A DNA stretch of 64,000 nt from an uncultured Alphaproteobacteria bacterium (lineage in GTDB: Bacteria > Pseudomonadota > Alphaproteobacteria > Sphingomonadales > Sphingomonadaceae), in assembly GCA_966205705.1 (NCBI GenBank), contig CBIHKY010000009.1:401-64400 (forward strand), read 5' to 3'. The position numbers were made by a program, and so were the translations under genes. The notes under the pieces are model-generated. The model was not told the origin of the DNA. It made no database searches and was given only the letters and a program-made list of their open reading frames with translations. Below are positions 10,119 to 20,840 of the stretch, piece by piece. Each line of letters starts with the position of its first letter. The stretch's first letter is position 1.

Positions 10119-10826
10119 ATGAAGAAACTCTATCCCGATGCGACTGCAGCATTGGACGGATTGCTGTTTGACGGCATGTTGCTTTGTGCGGGCGGTTTTG
10201 GCCTGTGTGGAATTCCCGAGCGCCTGATTGATGCGATCCGCGAGTCCGGCGTGAAGGATATCACCGTCGCTTCCAACAATGCGGGCATCGACAATGAGGG
10301 GCTCGGCAAGCTGCTGCGCACGCGCCAGATCAAGAAGATGATCAGCTCCTATGTTGGCGAAAATAAAGAGTTTGAGCGGCAATATCTTTCCGGTGAGCTT
10401 GAGGTCGAGTTCTGCCCACAAGGCACGCTGGCCGAGCGCTGCCGCGCCGGTGGCGCTGGCATTCCGGGCTTTTACACCAAGACAGGCGTTGGCACGCTGG
10501 TGGCAGAAGGCAAGGAAACCAAGACCTTCGACGGGCAGGAATATGTGCTCGAGCGCGGCATTTATGCGGACGTTTGCATCATTAAGGGCTGGAAGGCCGA
10601 TGAGAGCGGCAACCTGATCTTCCGCAAGACGGCGCGCAACTTCAACCAGCCGATGGCGACTGCGGGCAAGATCTGCATCGCGGAAGTGGAAGAGGTCGTA
10701 CCCACCGGCAGCCTGGACCCGGACAGCATCCATCTGCCCGGCATCTATGTGAAGCGCATGATCGTCGGCGCGCCCTATGACAAGAAGATCGAGTTCCGCA
10801 CGGTTCGCGAAAGGGAGAGCGCATAA
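10119..10826 (+). CDS. scoA: 3-oxoacid CoA-transferase subunit A
   Basis: [33 protein letters not shown]. Confidence 0.93.
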   Translation: MKKLYPDATAALDGLLFDGMLLCAGGFGLCGIPERLIDAIRESGVKDITVASNNAGIDNEGLGKLLRTRQIKKMISSYVGENKEFERQYLSGELEVEFCPQGTLAERCRAGGAGIPGFYTKTGVGTLVAEGKETKTFDGQEYVLERGIYADVCIIKGWKADESGNLIFRKTARNFNQPMATAGKICIAEVEEVVPTGSLDPDSIHLPGIYVKRMIVGAPYDKKIEFRTVRERESA

Positions 10827-11461
10827 TGGCCTGGACACGCGATGAGATGGCGGCGCGCGCGGCCCGCGAGCTGGAAGACGGCTTCTATGTGAACCTCGGC
10901 ATCGGCATCCCGACACTGGTTGCTAATCATATTCCGGCGGGCGTGGAAGTGACGCTGCAATCAGAAAATGGCATGCTTGGCATCGGGCCATTCCCTTATG
11001 ATGACGAGGTTGACCCCGATCTCATCAATGCGGGCAAGCAGACGATCAGCGAACTGCCCAGTACCGCATATTTCTCGTCGGCGGATAGCTTCGCGATGAT
11101 CCGTGGTGGTCATATCGATCTCACCGTGCTCGGCGCGATGGAAGTCTCCGAGAATGGCGACATTGCCAACTGGATGATCCCTGGCAAGATGATCAAGGGC
11201 ATGGGCGGCGCGATGGATCTGGTCGCGGGTGTGAAGAAGATCATCGTGGTGATGGAGCACAACGCCAAGGATGGTAGCCCGAAGTTCATTCCCGAATGTA
11301 CGCTGCCGCTGACGGGGCGTAATGTGGTGGACATGATCATCACCGATATCGCGGTGTTCCAGCGCCCGGCGGCTGGCGAACCGTTCAAGCTGGTGGAGCT
11401 GGCGCCGGGTGTGACGGCTGATGAGGTGGCGCAGAAGACGACGGCGAAATATTTACTTTGA
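10826..11461 (+). CDS. scoB: 3-oxoacid CoA-transferase subunit B
   Basis: [15 protein letters not shown] (catalytic Glu), KGMGGAMDL. Confidence 0.93.
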   Translation: MAWTRDEMAARAARELEDGFYVNLGIGIPTLVANHIPAGVEVTLQSENGMLGIGPFPYDDEVDPDLINAGKQTISELPSTAYFSSADSFAMIRGGHIDLTVLGAMEVSENGDIANWMIPGKMIKGMGGAMDLVAGVKKIIVVMEHNAKDGSPKFIPECTLPLTGRNVVDMIITDIAVFQRPAAGEPFKLVELAPGVTADEVAQKTTAKYLL

Positions 11462-11484
11462 TTGGAAGGGTTAGCGGTGCCTCA

Positions 11485-11600
11485 CCCCTCCTCTTTAGAG
11501 GAGGGGCCGGGGGTGGTGGCGATGCGCAAGCATCGCACCCGCGCACTCCCACGCTAATGTCGTAACACCACCCCAACCCCTCCTCTGAAGAGGAGGGGCT
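11485..11600. repeat. Inverted pair of CCCCTCCTCT-nn-AGAGGAGGGG palindromes (REP-like)
   Basis: cccctcctctttagaggagggg...ggtgg and ccacccc..cccctcctctgaagaggagggg in opposite orientation. Confidence 0.8.
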
Positions 11601-11631
11601 TATAAGTGCGAAACATCGCCCATAGCGCCCT

Positions 11632-11717
11632 CGTCACCCCGGACTTGATCCGGGGTCCCGCTGCCTTCGCGCACAATCCTGAAGAAAAGCGGGATCCCGG
11701 GTCGAGCCCGGGGTGAC
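11632..11717. repeat. CGTC-tagged double-REP element, copy 1
   Basis: cgtcaccccggacttgatccggggtcccgc...gcgggatcccgggtcgagcccggggtgac; arms near-identical to 18035-18120 and 63789-63871. Confidence 0.9.
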
Positions 11718-11841
11718 TAAGTACGGTTGGACGAAATTCGGTGTGTCGAATTTCACTTTCAGCCACTAGCCTTCCACTGCGCAATGCTCGACAAGGGCCG
11801 CCACAACGCGCCACCAAAGGCCGACACATAAAGGGAGAGGC

Positions 11842-13116
11842 ATGGCCATCAGCACGATCAAGGAGCGCCCCCGCGTCGCGCTCATATTGCTGACCTGCAT
11901 CGGCATCGTCGGCTTTATCGATCGCATCATCATGAATGTGCTGGCCGAGCCCCTCAAGCGCGAGTTTGGCTTAAGCGACACGCAGCTCGGCATTGTGAAC
12001 GGATTAGCCTTTGCGGTGCTCAATGTGGTGCTCGCGCTGGTCGTGGCGCGGATTGCCGAGCGCAAGCGGCGCCTGACGCTCATTTCCATCGGCACGCTCT
12101 TCTGGTCCATCGCGACGGCGGCGTGCGGCATGGCGCAATCCTATGCGCAATTGCTGCTCGCCCGCATCGGCGTGGGCGTGGGGGAAGCCGTGGGGCTGCC
12201 CTCCACTTACTCCGTCGTCTCGGATTATTTCCCGCGAGAGAAGCGTGCGACGATGATGTCCGTGCTTCACTTGTCCGCGCCTGTTGGCGCATTCCTTGGC
12301 GCCAGCGGCGGCGCGCTGATTGCGCAGCTTTATGGCTGGCGGGCTGCGCTGCTGGTGGCGGCGGTGCCGGGCATCATCCTTGCGATTTTGCTCACGCTCT
12401 TCGTGGCCGAGCCAAAGCGCGGCGGGCTGGATGGGGAATTCGCGGACGCGCAGGTGCCGCCGCTCGGAACCGTGCTGGGCCGCTATCTCCGCTGGCCCAC
12501 CATGCGCAATATGCTGCTTGGCTCCAGCCTTGCCAGCATGGTGGGCTTTGGCCTCAATGCTTTCCTCGCCGCCTATCTCATCCGCCGCTACGGCTTCACG
12601 CTGCTTGAGGCCGGGATCGTCGCGGGGCTGGTCGCCAGCCTGCCGTCCACCATCAGCATCCTGGGTGCGGGCTGGCTGACGGATCGCATGGGCAGCCGTG
12701 GCAATAAGCGGGGCTATGCACTCATTCCGGCGATCACTTTGCTGATTTCCGCGCCGCTCTATGCCTTCGCAATCACGCGCAATGATCCGGTATTGCTCGT
12801 GATCCTCGTCGGCCTGTGCGGCCTGTTCCAATATACTTACCTCGGCCCAACGCAGGGCATTTTTCAGAATATGCTCGGTCCCCGCATGCGCGCCACTGGC
12901 ACGGCGTTCACCGGCATGATCTACACATTGATCGGAGGAGGCTTTGGTCCGCTCATCCTCGGTGCGGTAAGCGATCATTATGCCGCGGGCGGTGTCGCAC
13001 CGGGTGTGGCACTCGGTCTTGCGATGGCGACGCTGTGCATCGTCTATCCATGGGCCGCGCTGCATTACTGGCTGGCATCGCGCACCATTGAAGCTGATCT
13101 CCAGCGCCCGATATAG
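11842..13116 (+). CDS. MFS transporter (spinster-like)
   Basis: F.DR.I...L.EP.K.EFGLSDTQLG, ARIGVGVGEA, DYFP.EKRA; multiple hydrophobic segments. Confidence 0.9.
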   Translation: MAISTIKERPRVALILLTCIGIVGFIDRIIMNVLAEPLKREFGLSDTQLGIVNGLAFAVLNVVLALVVARIAERKRRLTLISIGTLFWSIATAACGMAQSYAQLLLARIGVGVGEAVGLPSTYSVVSDYFPREKRATMMSVLHLSAPVGAFLGASGGALIAQLYGWRAALLVAAVPGIILAILLTLFVAEPKRGGLDGEFADAQVPPLGTVLGRYLRWPTMRNMLLGSSLASMVGFGLNAFLAAYLIRRYGFTLLEAGIVAGLVASLPSTISILGAGWLTDRMGSRGNKRGYALIPAITLLISAPLYAFAITRNDPVLLVILVGLCGLFQYTYLGPTQGIFQNMLGPRMRATGTAFTGMIYTLIGGGFGPLILGAVSDHYAAGGVAPGVALGLAMATLCIVYPWAALHYWLASRTIEADLQRPI

Positions 13117-13158
13117 GGGCTTCCCCCAACGCGCACAGGATTGTAGGGCTGCCCTATT

Positions 13159-14601
13159 ATGAACAAACCTCGCACGCTGTACGAAAAGATCTGGGATGCG
13201 CACGTCATCGAGACGCGCGATGACGCCACATGCCTCGTCTATATCGACCGCCATCTCGTCCATGAAGTGACGAGCCCGCAGGCTTTTGAGGGGCTTCGCC
13301 TCGCTGGCCGCAAGGTGCGCCGCCCGGATCTGACGCTGGCTGTGCCGGATCATAATGTGCCGACCACCGCGCGTGTGGATGCGCAAGGCAAGCGCATCCC
13401 CATCGTCAATGCGCAGAGTGCCCAGCAATTGGCCGCACTTGAGAGCAATGTCGAAGAGTTCGGCATCACCTATTTCGGCGCGACCGATGTGAATCAGGGC
13501 ATCGTCCATGTGATCGGCCCCGAGCAGGGCTTCACGCTGCCGGGCACGACTTTGGTTTGCGGCGATAGTCACACGGCGGCGCATGGCGCGTTGGGCGCGC
13601 TCGCCTTCGGCATCGGCACCAGCGAGGTGGAGCATGTTCTCGCCACGCAGACGCTGATGCTCAAGCCGAGCAAAACCTTCGCGATTGAGGTTGAGGGCGA
13701 GCTGGGCTTTGGCGTGACGCCCAAGGATGTGATTCTGGAAGTCATCGGCCGCATCGGCACCGCGGGCGGCACGGGTCATGTCATGGAATTTCGTGGCTCG
13801 ACCTTCCGCGACATGAGCGTGGAAGGGCGGCTGACGGTTGCCAATATGGCGATCGAGGGCGGCGCGCGCTCCGGCCTGTTCGCGCCGGATGAGAAGACGT
13901 TCGACTATCTCAAGGGCCGCCCGATGGCGCCAACCGGCGAGGCGTGGGATCGCGCTGTCGCTTATTGGCGCACGCTGGTGACCGATGAGGGCGCGACCTT
14001 CGACAAGGTGCTGAAGATTCACGCGAGCGAGATTGCGCCGACCGTCACCTGGGGCACAAGCCCTGAGGATGTCGTTTCAATCTCAGGCGCTGTGCCCGAT
14101 CCTGAGAGCTTTGAGGATCCATCCAAGCGTGCGGCAGCCGCCAAGTCGCTGGATTATATGGGGCTCACTGCCGGGCAGCGCATGAAAGATGTGACGGTGG
14201 AGCATATCTTCATCGGTAGCTGCACCAACAGCCGCATCGAGGATTTGCGCGCTGCCGCAGCCGTGCTCAAGGGCCACAAGGTTGCCGCAGGGATCAAGCA
14301 GGCGCTCGTCGTGCCGGGTTCTGGCCTCGTCAAGCGTCAGGCCGAGGCCGAGGGGCTGGATGTCATCTTTACCGACGCGGGCTTCGAGTGGCGCGAGCCG
14401 GGCTGTTCGATGTGCCTTGGTATGAACCCGGATCGCGTGCCGAGCGGCGAGCGATGCGCTTCGACCAGCAACCGCAATTTCATGGGCCGTCAGGGTCCGG
14501 GCGCGCGCACGCATCTGGTTTCACCCGTTATGGCTGCAGCCGCTGCAATCAGGGGTCGACTTGCCGACGTTCGTGATTTAATGGTGCACGAACAAGCTTA
14601 A
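13159..14601 (+). CDS. leuC: 3-isopropylmalate dehydratase large subunit
   Basis: [45 protein letters not shown]. Confidence 0.98.
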   Translation: MNKPRTLYEKIWDAHVIETRDDATCLVYIDRHLVHEVTSPQAFEGLRLAGRKVRRPDLTLAVPDHNVPTTARVDAQGKRIPIVNAQSAQQLAALESNVEEFGITYFGATDVNQGIVHVIGPEQGFTLPGTTLVCGDSHTAAHGALGALAFGIGTSEVEHVLATQTLMLKPSKTFAIEVEGELGFGVTPKDVILEVIGRIGTAGGTGHVMEFRGSTFRDMSVEGRLTVANMAIEGGARSGLFAPDEKTFDYLKGRPMAPTGEAWDRAVAYWRTLVTDEGATFDKVLKIHASEIAPTVTWGTSPEDVVSISGAVPDPESFEDPSKRAAAAKSLDYMGLTAGQRMKDVTVEHIFIGSCTNSRIEDLRAAAAVLKGHKVAAGIKQALVVPGSGLVKRQAEAEGLDVIFTDAGFEWREPGCSMCLGMNPDRVPSGERCASTSNRNFMGRQGPGARTHLVSPVMAAAAAIRGRLADVRDLMVHEQA

Positions 14602-14617
14602 GGGCTAAGGGGCGGTA

Positions 14618-14737
14618 ATGAAAAAGATTTTCTGGATCCTCGTGCTCGGCGCGGTCGGCAGCGCGGCGATGGCGGTCGGTCTCGGCCAAGCTGCGGTAAA
14701 GCCGGTGAGCGCAAAGCCGCTCAGCAACGGCAAGTAA
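14618..14737 (+). CDS. 39-aa small hydrophobic protein (not in ORF track)
   Basis: ATG..TAA ORF MKKIFWILVLGAVGSAAMAVGLGQAAVKPVSAKPLSNGK, 17 nt after the leuC stop, purine-rich upstream. Confidence 0.55.
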   Translation: MKKIFWILVLGAVGSAAMAVGLGQAAVKPVSAKPLSNGK

Positions 14738-14781
14738 TCCATAAGGCAAATTTGGCAGGATGGGGTGCTGGTCGGCTCCCC

Positions 14782-15267
14782 TTACAGCGCCAGATGCATG
14801 ACGAACGTGCCCGGCCCATATGGGCCAGCTTCCGTCGTGCCCGCATGCTCGAAGCCCTGAGCAGACCAGAAACGGTCTGCGCCATTCACAGCTACTAACG
14901 TGACCCGCTCAAAGCCGCGCGCGCGTGCATGGGCGATCACGAAAGCCAGCGCTGCCTTGCCCGCGCCTGATCCGCGCGTTTGCGGCAGCAGCGCGATATC
15001 ATGCAGATAATGGTCGGCATTTTCGTGCGGAATGGCGCCGAGTTGCTGGTTGAGTGCGGGCGATTGGCCTGCGTGCCAGGGGTGGCTGATCAAAAAGCCG
15101 ACCGGTGCGCCATTCTCTTCAAGGGTGATGCAGCCCGCCGGGTAGAGTGCCAGCCGCTCCTCATAAGTGGCCAGCGTCTCCGCAAAATCGCCATGCACAG
15201 CCGCCGATATCGCCGTCACTGCTGGCAGATCGTCCGTGCGCATTGGGCGCCATTCCATGTCCTTCAT
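14782..15267 (-). CDS. GNAT family N-acetyltransferase
   Basis: YLHDIALLP..RGSGAG acetyl-CoA motif, LVAV.GA..FW. Confidence 0.88.
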   Translation of the reverse strand: MKDMEWRPMRTDDLPAVTAISAAVHGDFAETLATYEERLALYPAGCITLEENGAPVGFLISHPWHAGQSPALNQQLGAIPHENADHYLHDIALLPQTRGSGAGKAALAFVIAHARARGFERVTLVAVNGADRFWSAQGFEHAGTTEAGPYGPGTFVMHLAL

Positions 15268-15359
15268 GTCGCCAATGCCTCTCTCGCAAACCGCCCCGGC
15301 CTTGACGCACGCTATAGCATCGGCCACTTGGCTGCACAGTCTTTCCAAACCGCAGGACC

Positions 15360-15956
15360 ATGATGGAACCCGTCAACATCGTCGAAGGCCGCGCTTATCC
15401 GTTCGGCATGAAAAATGTCGATACCGACATCATCATTCCGGCTGAATGGCTCAAGACCATCAGCCGCACGGGCCTTGGTCAGGGCGCGTTCGAAGTGCTG
15501 CGCAAGGAGCCGGGCAATGTGTTCGACGATCCGCGCTATGCTGGCGCGCCGATCATCGTGGCGGGCGATAATTTCGGCTGCGGGTCGAGCCGCGAGCATG
15601 CCGCATGGGCGCTGGCCGACATGGGCGTGAAGGCCGTGATCGCGCCGAGCTTCTCGGATATTTTCTCGGGTAATGCCTTCAAGAACGGCATTCTCACGGT
15701 CGTGCTCCCGCAGGAAGCGGTAGATCGACTGGTCGAAGTCGCCAAAACGGATACGATCAGCATCGATCTGGAGCATCAAAGCGTCACCACGCCGTTCCAG
15801 GATCGCTTCAGCTTCGAGATTGATCCGTTCCGCAAAGACTGCCTGATCGGCGGGTTGGATGAGATCGGCCTCACCATGGCGCAGGGCGATGTCATCGCAG
15901 GGTTCGAGGCGCAGGATGCCCGGCGCCGCCCCTGGCTGGTGCCTGCTACGGCCTGA
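15360..15956 (+). CDS. leuD: 3-isopropylmalate dehydratase small subunit
   Basis: [32 protein letters not shown]. Confidence 0.97.
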   Translation: MMEPVNIVEGRAYPFGMKNVDTDIIIPAEWLKTISRTGLGQGAFEVLRKEPGNVFDDPRYAGAPIIVAGDNFGCGSSREHAAWALADMGVKAVIAPSFSDIFSGNAFKNGILTVVLPQEAVDRLVEVAKTDTISIDLEHQSVTTPFQDRFSFEIDPFRKDCLIGGLDEIGLTMAQGDVIAGFEAQDARRRPWLVPATA

Positions 15957-16041
15957 AATTAGCCGCTGTGCGTTGCTATCCCGCGCTGCCCTTCCTAAGT
16001 AGTGCGTACGAAATTACCCCCAGAATAAAGGCGTTTCTTTG

Positions 16042-16365
16042 ATGAGTGGATTTGAGGATCGCGAAAAGGCGTTTGAGTCGAAATTCGCCAACGATCAGGA
16101 GCTTGCCTTCCGCGTGGCCGCGCGCCGCAACCGTCTGTTGGGCGAGTGGGCTGCGGGCCTCATGGGCCTCACGAAAGAAGAGACGGACGCCTACGCGAAG
16201 GCTGTCGTGCAGGCAGACTTTGAGGAAGCAGGCGATGAGGATGTGATCCGCAAGGTGCTGGGCGATCTGGTGTCGGCTGGCGTCGAAACCGATGAGCAGC
16301 AGGTCCGCACGGCGCTGAGCGATCAGACGGTCGAGGCGCGCCGCCAGTTCATGCAGGGTAGCTGA
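16042..16365 (+). CDS. DUF1476 family protein
   Basis: FEDREKAFE.KFA.D.E..F...ARRNRLLG.WAA. Confidence 0.85.
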   Translation: MSGFEDREKAFESKFANDQELAFRVAARRNRLLGEWAAGLMGLTKEETDAYAKAVVQADFEEAGDEDVIRKVLGDLVSAGVETDEQQVRTALSDQTVEARRQFMQGS

Positions 16366-16374
16366 GCCAAGATC

Positions 16375-16608
16375 ATGCCAATGGCCGCACAAGATATTGA
16401 GGCGCTCATCACAAGCGCAATCCCGGATGCGACGGTGGAGATTACCGATCTTGCTGGCGATGGTGATCATTATGCCGCGCATGTTGTTTCCGAGAGCTTT
16501 CGCGGCATGAACAGGCTCGCTCAGCAGCGCGCCGTCTATGCTGCGCTCGGCAGCCGGATGGGCGGTGAGCTTCATGCCTTGCAACTGACGACCGCCATTC
16601 CCAATTGA
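16375..16608 (+). CDS. bolA: BolA/IbaG family protein
   Basis: DLAGDGDHY, S..F.G...L.Q.R.VY, LHAL. Confidence 0.92.
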   Translation: MPMAAQDIEALITSAIPDATVEITDLAGDGDHYAAHVVSESFRGMNRLAQQRAVYAALGSRMGGELHALQLTTAIPN

Positions 16609-16653
16609 GGGCTTAGAGATATTGCAGCAGCTTTGCTGTCCCGGAGATAGATG

Positions 16654-16998
16654 ATGACCGATCAAGTCCCAACCAGCCCGGCTCACGCCCGCATCAGCGA
16701 TATTGTCAGCAAGAATGGCGTCGTGCTGTTCATGAAAGGCACCCCGCTTTTCCCACAGTGCGGCTTTTCCAGCCGCGCGATTGCCATCCTTGAGCGCCTT
16801 GGTGCGAATTTCGAGACGGTTGATGTGCTGCAGGATCAGGAAATCCGTCAGGGCATCAAAAGCTATTCTGATTGGCCGACCATCCCCCAGCTCTATGTGA
16901 AGGGCGAGTTTTTGGGCGGTTCGGACATCATGATGGAAATGTTCGAGGCGGGCGAGCTGGAGCAGCTGCTCACGGACGAAGGCCTCACCAAGGCCTAA
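16654..16998 (+). CDS. grxD: Monothiol glutaredoxin Grx4
   Basis: [25 protein letters not shown]. Confidence 0.96.
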   Translation: MTDQVPTSPAHARISDIVSKNGVVLFMKGTPLFPQCGFSSRAIAILERLGANFETVDVLQDQEIRQGIKSYSDWPTIPQLYVKGEFLGGSDIMMEMFEAGELEQLLTDEGLTKA

Positions 16999-17022
16999 GT
17001 CCTGTCGCGATACGCAATTGAG

Positions 17023-17051
17023 AGGCGCGAACTAAGTTTCGCGCCTTTTTC
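17023..17051 (+). terminator. Rho-independent terminator after grxD
   Basis: aggcgcgaa...ttcgcgcct followed by a T tract. Confidence 0.75.
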
Positions 17052-17119
17052 TTTGGCCGTCGCACATCGCTTGCAACGCTAGGCCCCGCAAGGCTTGCAA
17101 TCGCCCCGCTGCATGACAC

Positions 17120-18007
17120 ATGGGAATGATGGCCACCAAAAAGCCCCCCATTTCCGAAGATACCGGCATTTCGATGCGGCTTTCCCCGCTCGTCCACCGC
17201 ATTCTCGCGCCCAACCCATCACCCTTCACCTATCAGGGCACGCAAAGCTATCTGGTCGGCGCCGATGATGTTGCGGTGATCGATCCCGGGCCGGCGGAGG
17301 ATGCCCATCTTGATGCGCTGATGCAGGCCATCGACGGTCGACCTGTCGTGGCGATCATGTGCACCCACACCCACCGGGACCATAGCCCTGCCGCGCGTCC
17401 CTTGTCGCAACGCACCGGCGCGCCGATCATTGGCTGCGCGCCCCTCTCGCTCGATGACGATGGCCCGCGCGCCGACGCGTCCTTCGATCCCGCCTACGCG
17501 CCGGACAGAGTGCTGCGCGATGGCGATCAACTTACCGGCGCTGGCTGGACTCTGACAACGCTCGCGACGCCGGGCCACACGTCCAACCATCTCTGCTACG
17601 CGCTGGAGGAGGAGGGGGCGCTGTTCACGGGCGATCATGTGATGGGCTGGTCCACCAGCGTCGTCTCGCCGCCCGATGGCGATATGAGTGATTATCTCGC
17701 CTCTCTGGAGCTGCTCGTGAATCGCACGGACGCTATCTATTACCCTGCGCATGGCGAGCCGATCACCCAACCGCAGCGTTTCGCACGTGGCATGCTTGGG
17801 CACCGCAAAATGCGTGAAGGGCAGATATTGCGCCTGCTGGAACGGGAAGGGGCGATGCCTATCCCGGCGATGGTGAACGCGATGTATGCGGGGCTGGGAT
17901 TGCATCTCCACGGCGCGGCCGGGCGATCCGTGCTGGCGCATCTCATCGATATGGAGCGGCGTGGGCTGGTGGCGCAGAGCGCGCCAGACTTGTGGGCGCT
18001 GCGTTAA
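17120..18007 (+). CDS. MBL-fold metallo-hydrolase
   Basis: THTHRDH, TPGHTSNH, GDHVMGWSTS, PAHG; start could be 17126 or 17129. Confidence 0.92.
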   Translation: MGMMATKKPPISEDTGISMRLSPLVHRILAPNPSPFTYQGTQSYLVGADDVAVIDPGPAEDAHLDALMQAIDGRPVVAIMCTHTHRDHSPAARPLSQRTGAPIIGCAPLSLDDDGPRADASFDPAYAPDRVLRDGDQLTGAGWTLTTLATPGHTSNHLCYALEEEGALFTGDHVMGWSTSVVSPPDGDMSDYLASLELLVNRTDAIYYPAHGEPITQPQRFARGMLGHRKMREGQILRLLEREGAMPIPAMVNAMYAGLGLHLHGAAGRSVLAHLIDMERRGLVAQSAPDLWALR

Positions 18008-18034
18008 GCGCTCGAATTTTGCAGTCCCACACCT

Positions 18035-18120
18035 CGTCATCCCGGGCTTGACCCGGGATCCCGCTTCCTTGACGAAGGGTGCAGAAGGTAGCGGGACCCC
18101 GGATCAAGTCCGGGGTGACG
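18035..18120. repeat. CGTC-tagged double-REP element, copy 2 (reverse orientation)
   Basis: cgtcatcccgggcttgacccgggatcccgc...gcgggaccccggatcaagtccggggtgacg. Confidence 0.9.
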
Positions 18121-18243
18121 ATCATAATGTGATGTCGCGCACGACAGTTTCGCCTCACCCACTTCACGCACAACGCGAATACAGGTTGAACCCACGCCGC
18201 GCCGGGGCCATTTGCGAGGCATGATAATGCAGGAGATTCGATA

Positions 18244-19242
18244 ATGGACGCACGCGGTGGGGTCGGCGGGAGCCTTGTAGGGATCGACCTGCTCGAAGAG
18301 ATCAATCGTCTGCGCAAAGAGCGCAACGCGGTCATCCTCGCACATTATTATCAAAAGCCGCAAATTCAGGATCTTGCGGACTTTGTTGGAGACTCGCTCG
18401 AGCTTTCCCGCAAGGCGGCTGAGACCGATGCGGACGTCATCGCCTTTTGCGGCGTGCGCTTCATGGCGGAGACGGCCAAGATCCTCAGCCCCGACAAGAT
18501 CGTGATCCTGCCCGACATGGACGCTGGCTGTTCGCTGGAAGATAGCTGCCCACCCGCGCAGTTCAAAGCCTTCCGCGAGGCGCACCCCGATCATATCGCG
18601 CTCAGCTACATCAATTGCTCAGCCGAGGTGAAGGCGCTCTCCGATATCATCGTGACCAGCTCGTCCGCCGAGACGATCCTCGCCAAGCTACCCAAGGATC
18701 AGAAGATCATCTTCGGCCCGGACAAGCATCTGGGCGGCTATCTCAACCGAAAAATGGGCCGCGACATGCTGTTGTGGCCCGGCGTGTGCATCGTGCATGA
18801 GAGCTTCAGCGAGACCGAACTGCTCAAGCTCAAGGCGCAATATCCCGGTGTGCCGGTTGCCGCGCACCCCGAATGCCCGCCCGCGATCATCGATCATAGT
18901 GATTATGTCGGCTCGACGAGCGGCATCCTCACCTATGCCAAGAATATGCCGGGCGACACGCTGATCGTGGCGACCGAGCCGCACATCATCCACCAGATGG
19001 AAAAGGCAGTGCCGGAGAAGACATTCGTCGGTGCGCCCGGTGCGGACGGCAACTGCAATTGCAATATCTGCCCCTATATGGCGCTCAACACGCTGGAAAA
19101 GCTCTATATTTCCCTGCGCGATCTGCAGCCGCGGATCGAGATGGACGAGACCTTGCGCCTCGCTGCGCGCAAGAGCCTCGACCGGATGCTGGAGATGGCG
19201 AGCGGTAGCGTCGGCAAGGGTGATGTCGGGGCGCGGGCTTGA
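18244..19242 (+). CDS. nadA: Quinolinate synthase
   Basis: ILAHYYQ, FCGVRFMAE, GCSL, YINCS, HPEC, C..CPYM. Confidence 0.97.
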   Translation: MDARGGVGGSLVGIDLLEEINRLRKERNAVILAHYYQKPQIQDLADFVGDSLELSRKAAETDADVIAFCGVRFMAETAKILSPDKIVILPDMDAGCSLEDSCPPAQFKAFREAHPDHIALSYINCSAEVKALSDIIVTSSSAETILAKLPKDQKIIFGPDKHLGGYLNRKMGRDMLLWPGVCIVHESFSETELLKLKAQYPGVPVAAHPECPPAIIDHSDYVGSTSGILTYAKNMPGDTLIVATEPHIIHQMEKAVPEKTFVGAPGADGNCNCNICPYMALNTLEKLYISLRDLQPRIEMDETLRLAARKSLDRMLEMASGSVGKGDVGARA

Positions 19243-20099
19243 CCTTCGCTCTGACGGGCTTCGACCTCGACGCCTTCATTGCCTCCACCCTGTCTGAAGA
19301 TCTCGGCGGGCCGCTCGGCGCAGGTGGGCAGGATGTGACCTCGCAGAGCGTTATCCCAGCCGATGCGATGTTTGCGGGTGTGATGGATAGCCGTGATGCC
19401 GTCACCGTGGCGGGACTACCGATTGCGGAGGCGTTTTTCCGCACGCTCGATCAGCAAGTCGAGATCGAGATTCTGGCTGGCGAAGGCGAGCAGGTGCGTG
19501 CTGGAACGGACGTGATGCGCCTGCATGGCCGGGCGCGGGCGATGCTCACAGCCGAGCGCTCGGCGCTCAACACGGTGCAGCATCTATGCGGCATCGCCAC
19601 CATGACCCGCCAATATGTGGACCGCATTGCAGGCACGGGCGCGACCTTGCTGGATACGCGCAAAACGATCCCCGGCCTTCGTGTGCTGGAGAAATACGCC
19701 ACGCGCATGGGCGGCGCGAAGAACCACCGGATGGGCCTGTGGGATGCAGCGATGATCAAGGACAATCATGTCGCGGTCGCGGGCTCAGTTGCTGAGGCCG
19801 TGCGCCGTGCGGTGGATGCAGGGATTGCGCAGATCATCGTCGAGGTCGACCGCATCGACCAGATCGAGCCCGCAATCGCGGCTGGTGCTACGCATCTGCT
19901 GCTCGATAACATGCCGCCCGATGTGCTGCGTGGCGCGGTGACGCTGGTCGGCAAGCGCGTACCCACCGAGGCATCGGGCGGCGTGCGGCTGGAGACGATC
20001 CGTGAGATCGCGATGACCGGCGTCGATTATATCAGCGTCGGGCGGCTCACGCAGTCAGCCCCGGCTGCGGACATCGGTCTCGATTTCAGCAATGCCTGA
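19239..20099 (+). CDS. nadC: Nicotinate-nucleotide pyrophosphorylase (carboxylating)
   Basis: AER.ALN, LDTRKTIPGLR, NHRMGL, IKDNH, LLLDNM, EASGG. Confidence 0.97.
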   Translation: MTFALTGFDLDAFIASTLSEDLGGPLGAGGQDVTSQSVIPADAMFAGVMDSRDAVTVAGLPIAEAFFRTLDQQVEIEILAGEGEQVRAGTDVMRLHGRARAMLTAERSALNTVQHLCGIATMTRQYVDRIAGTGATLLDTRKTIPGLRVLEKYATRMGGAKNHRMGLWDAAMIKDNHVAVAGSVAEAVRRAVDAGIAQIIVEVDRIDQIEPAIAAGATHLLLDNMPPDVLRGAVTLVGKRVPTEASGGVRLETIREIAMTGVDYISVGRLTQSAPAADIGLDFSNA

Positions 20100-20832
20100 G
20101 CGGCTGCGAGGATCGCTGGGCGCGCTCGCAATGCTTGCCGTTGCGACAATGCTGCCGGGCGCGGCCCATGCGCAGCTCGGGAGCTGCCGATTGCCCGCTA
20201 CGCTGCCACTGCCGAAACTATCCCAGCCCAGCCAGGCACAGCCGCGCCGCGTCATGCCGATCCGCAGCTACACGCTGGCGCTCAGCTGGTCGCCCGAATA
20301 TTGCGCGCGGGGGAGCGACGCAGGCAGCTTTCAATGCAGTCAGCGCGGCAATCGCTTCGGCTTCGTGCTGCATGGTCTGTGGCCCAATGGTGCGGGCAAG
20401 AGCTGGCCGCAATATTGCCGTCCGGCTCAGCGGCTGACCCCCGCAATCCTGCGTGCAAACCTGTGCGCAACGCCATCGGTCGATCTGCTCCAGCATGAGT
20501 GGGCGAAGCATGGCACCTGTATGCGCGGTCCGCCCAACGCCTATTTCGATCAGGCGAGGGGGCTTTATGGCCGCGTGCGCTTTCCCGACATGGCTGCGCT
20601 CGCGCGCGACGAGGCGCTGACCGTCGAAACCTTTAAGCATGCACTCATCGCTGCCAACGCGCGGGAAAAGCCAGTCCTGCCCGAGCAGTCTGTGCGTGTC
20701 CGCCTCACGCGGCAAGGCTGGCTGGATGAGGTGCAGATCTGCTTTGACCAGCGCATGATATACACCGCCTGCGCATCCCAGAGCCAGGATGTAGCTCCGG
20801 GTCAATCGATGCGCATAAGATCCCGCACCTGA
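20092..20832 (+). CDS. Ribonuclease T2 family protein with signal peptide
   Basis: LALSWSP.YC, FVLHGLWP (CAS I), HEW.KHGTC (CAS II). Confidence 0.93.
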   Translation: MPERLRGSLGALAMLAVATMLPGAAHAQLGSCRLPATLPLPKLSQPSQAQPRRVMPIRSYTLALSWSPEYCARGSDAGSFQCSQRGNRFGFVLHGLWPNGAGKSWPQYCRPAQRLTPAILRANLCATPSVDLLQHEWAKHGTCMRGPPNAYFDQARGLYGRVRFPDMAALARDEALTVETFKHALIAANAREKPVLPEQSVRVRLTRQGWLDEVQICFDQRMIYTACASQSQDVAPGQSMRIRSRT

Positions 20833-20840
20833 CCCAGCAC

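Noticed and set aside
12004-14022. 672-aa minus-strand ORF
   Set aside because: Antisense shadow of the MFS gene and leuC in GC-rich DNA; no recognisable motifs
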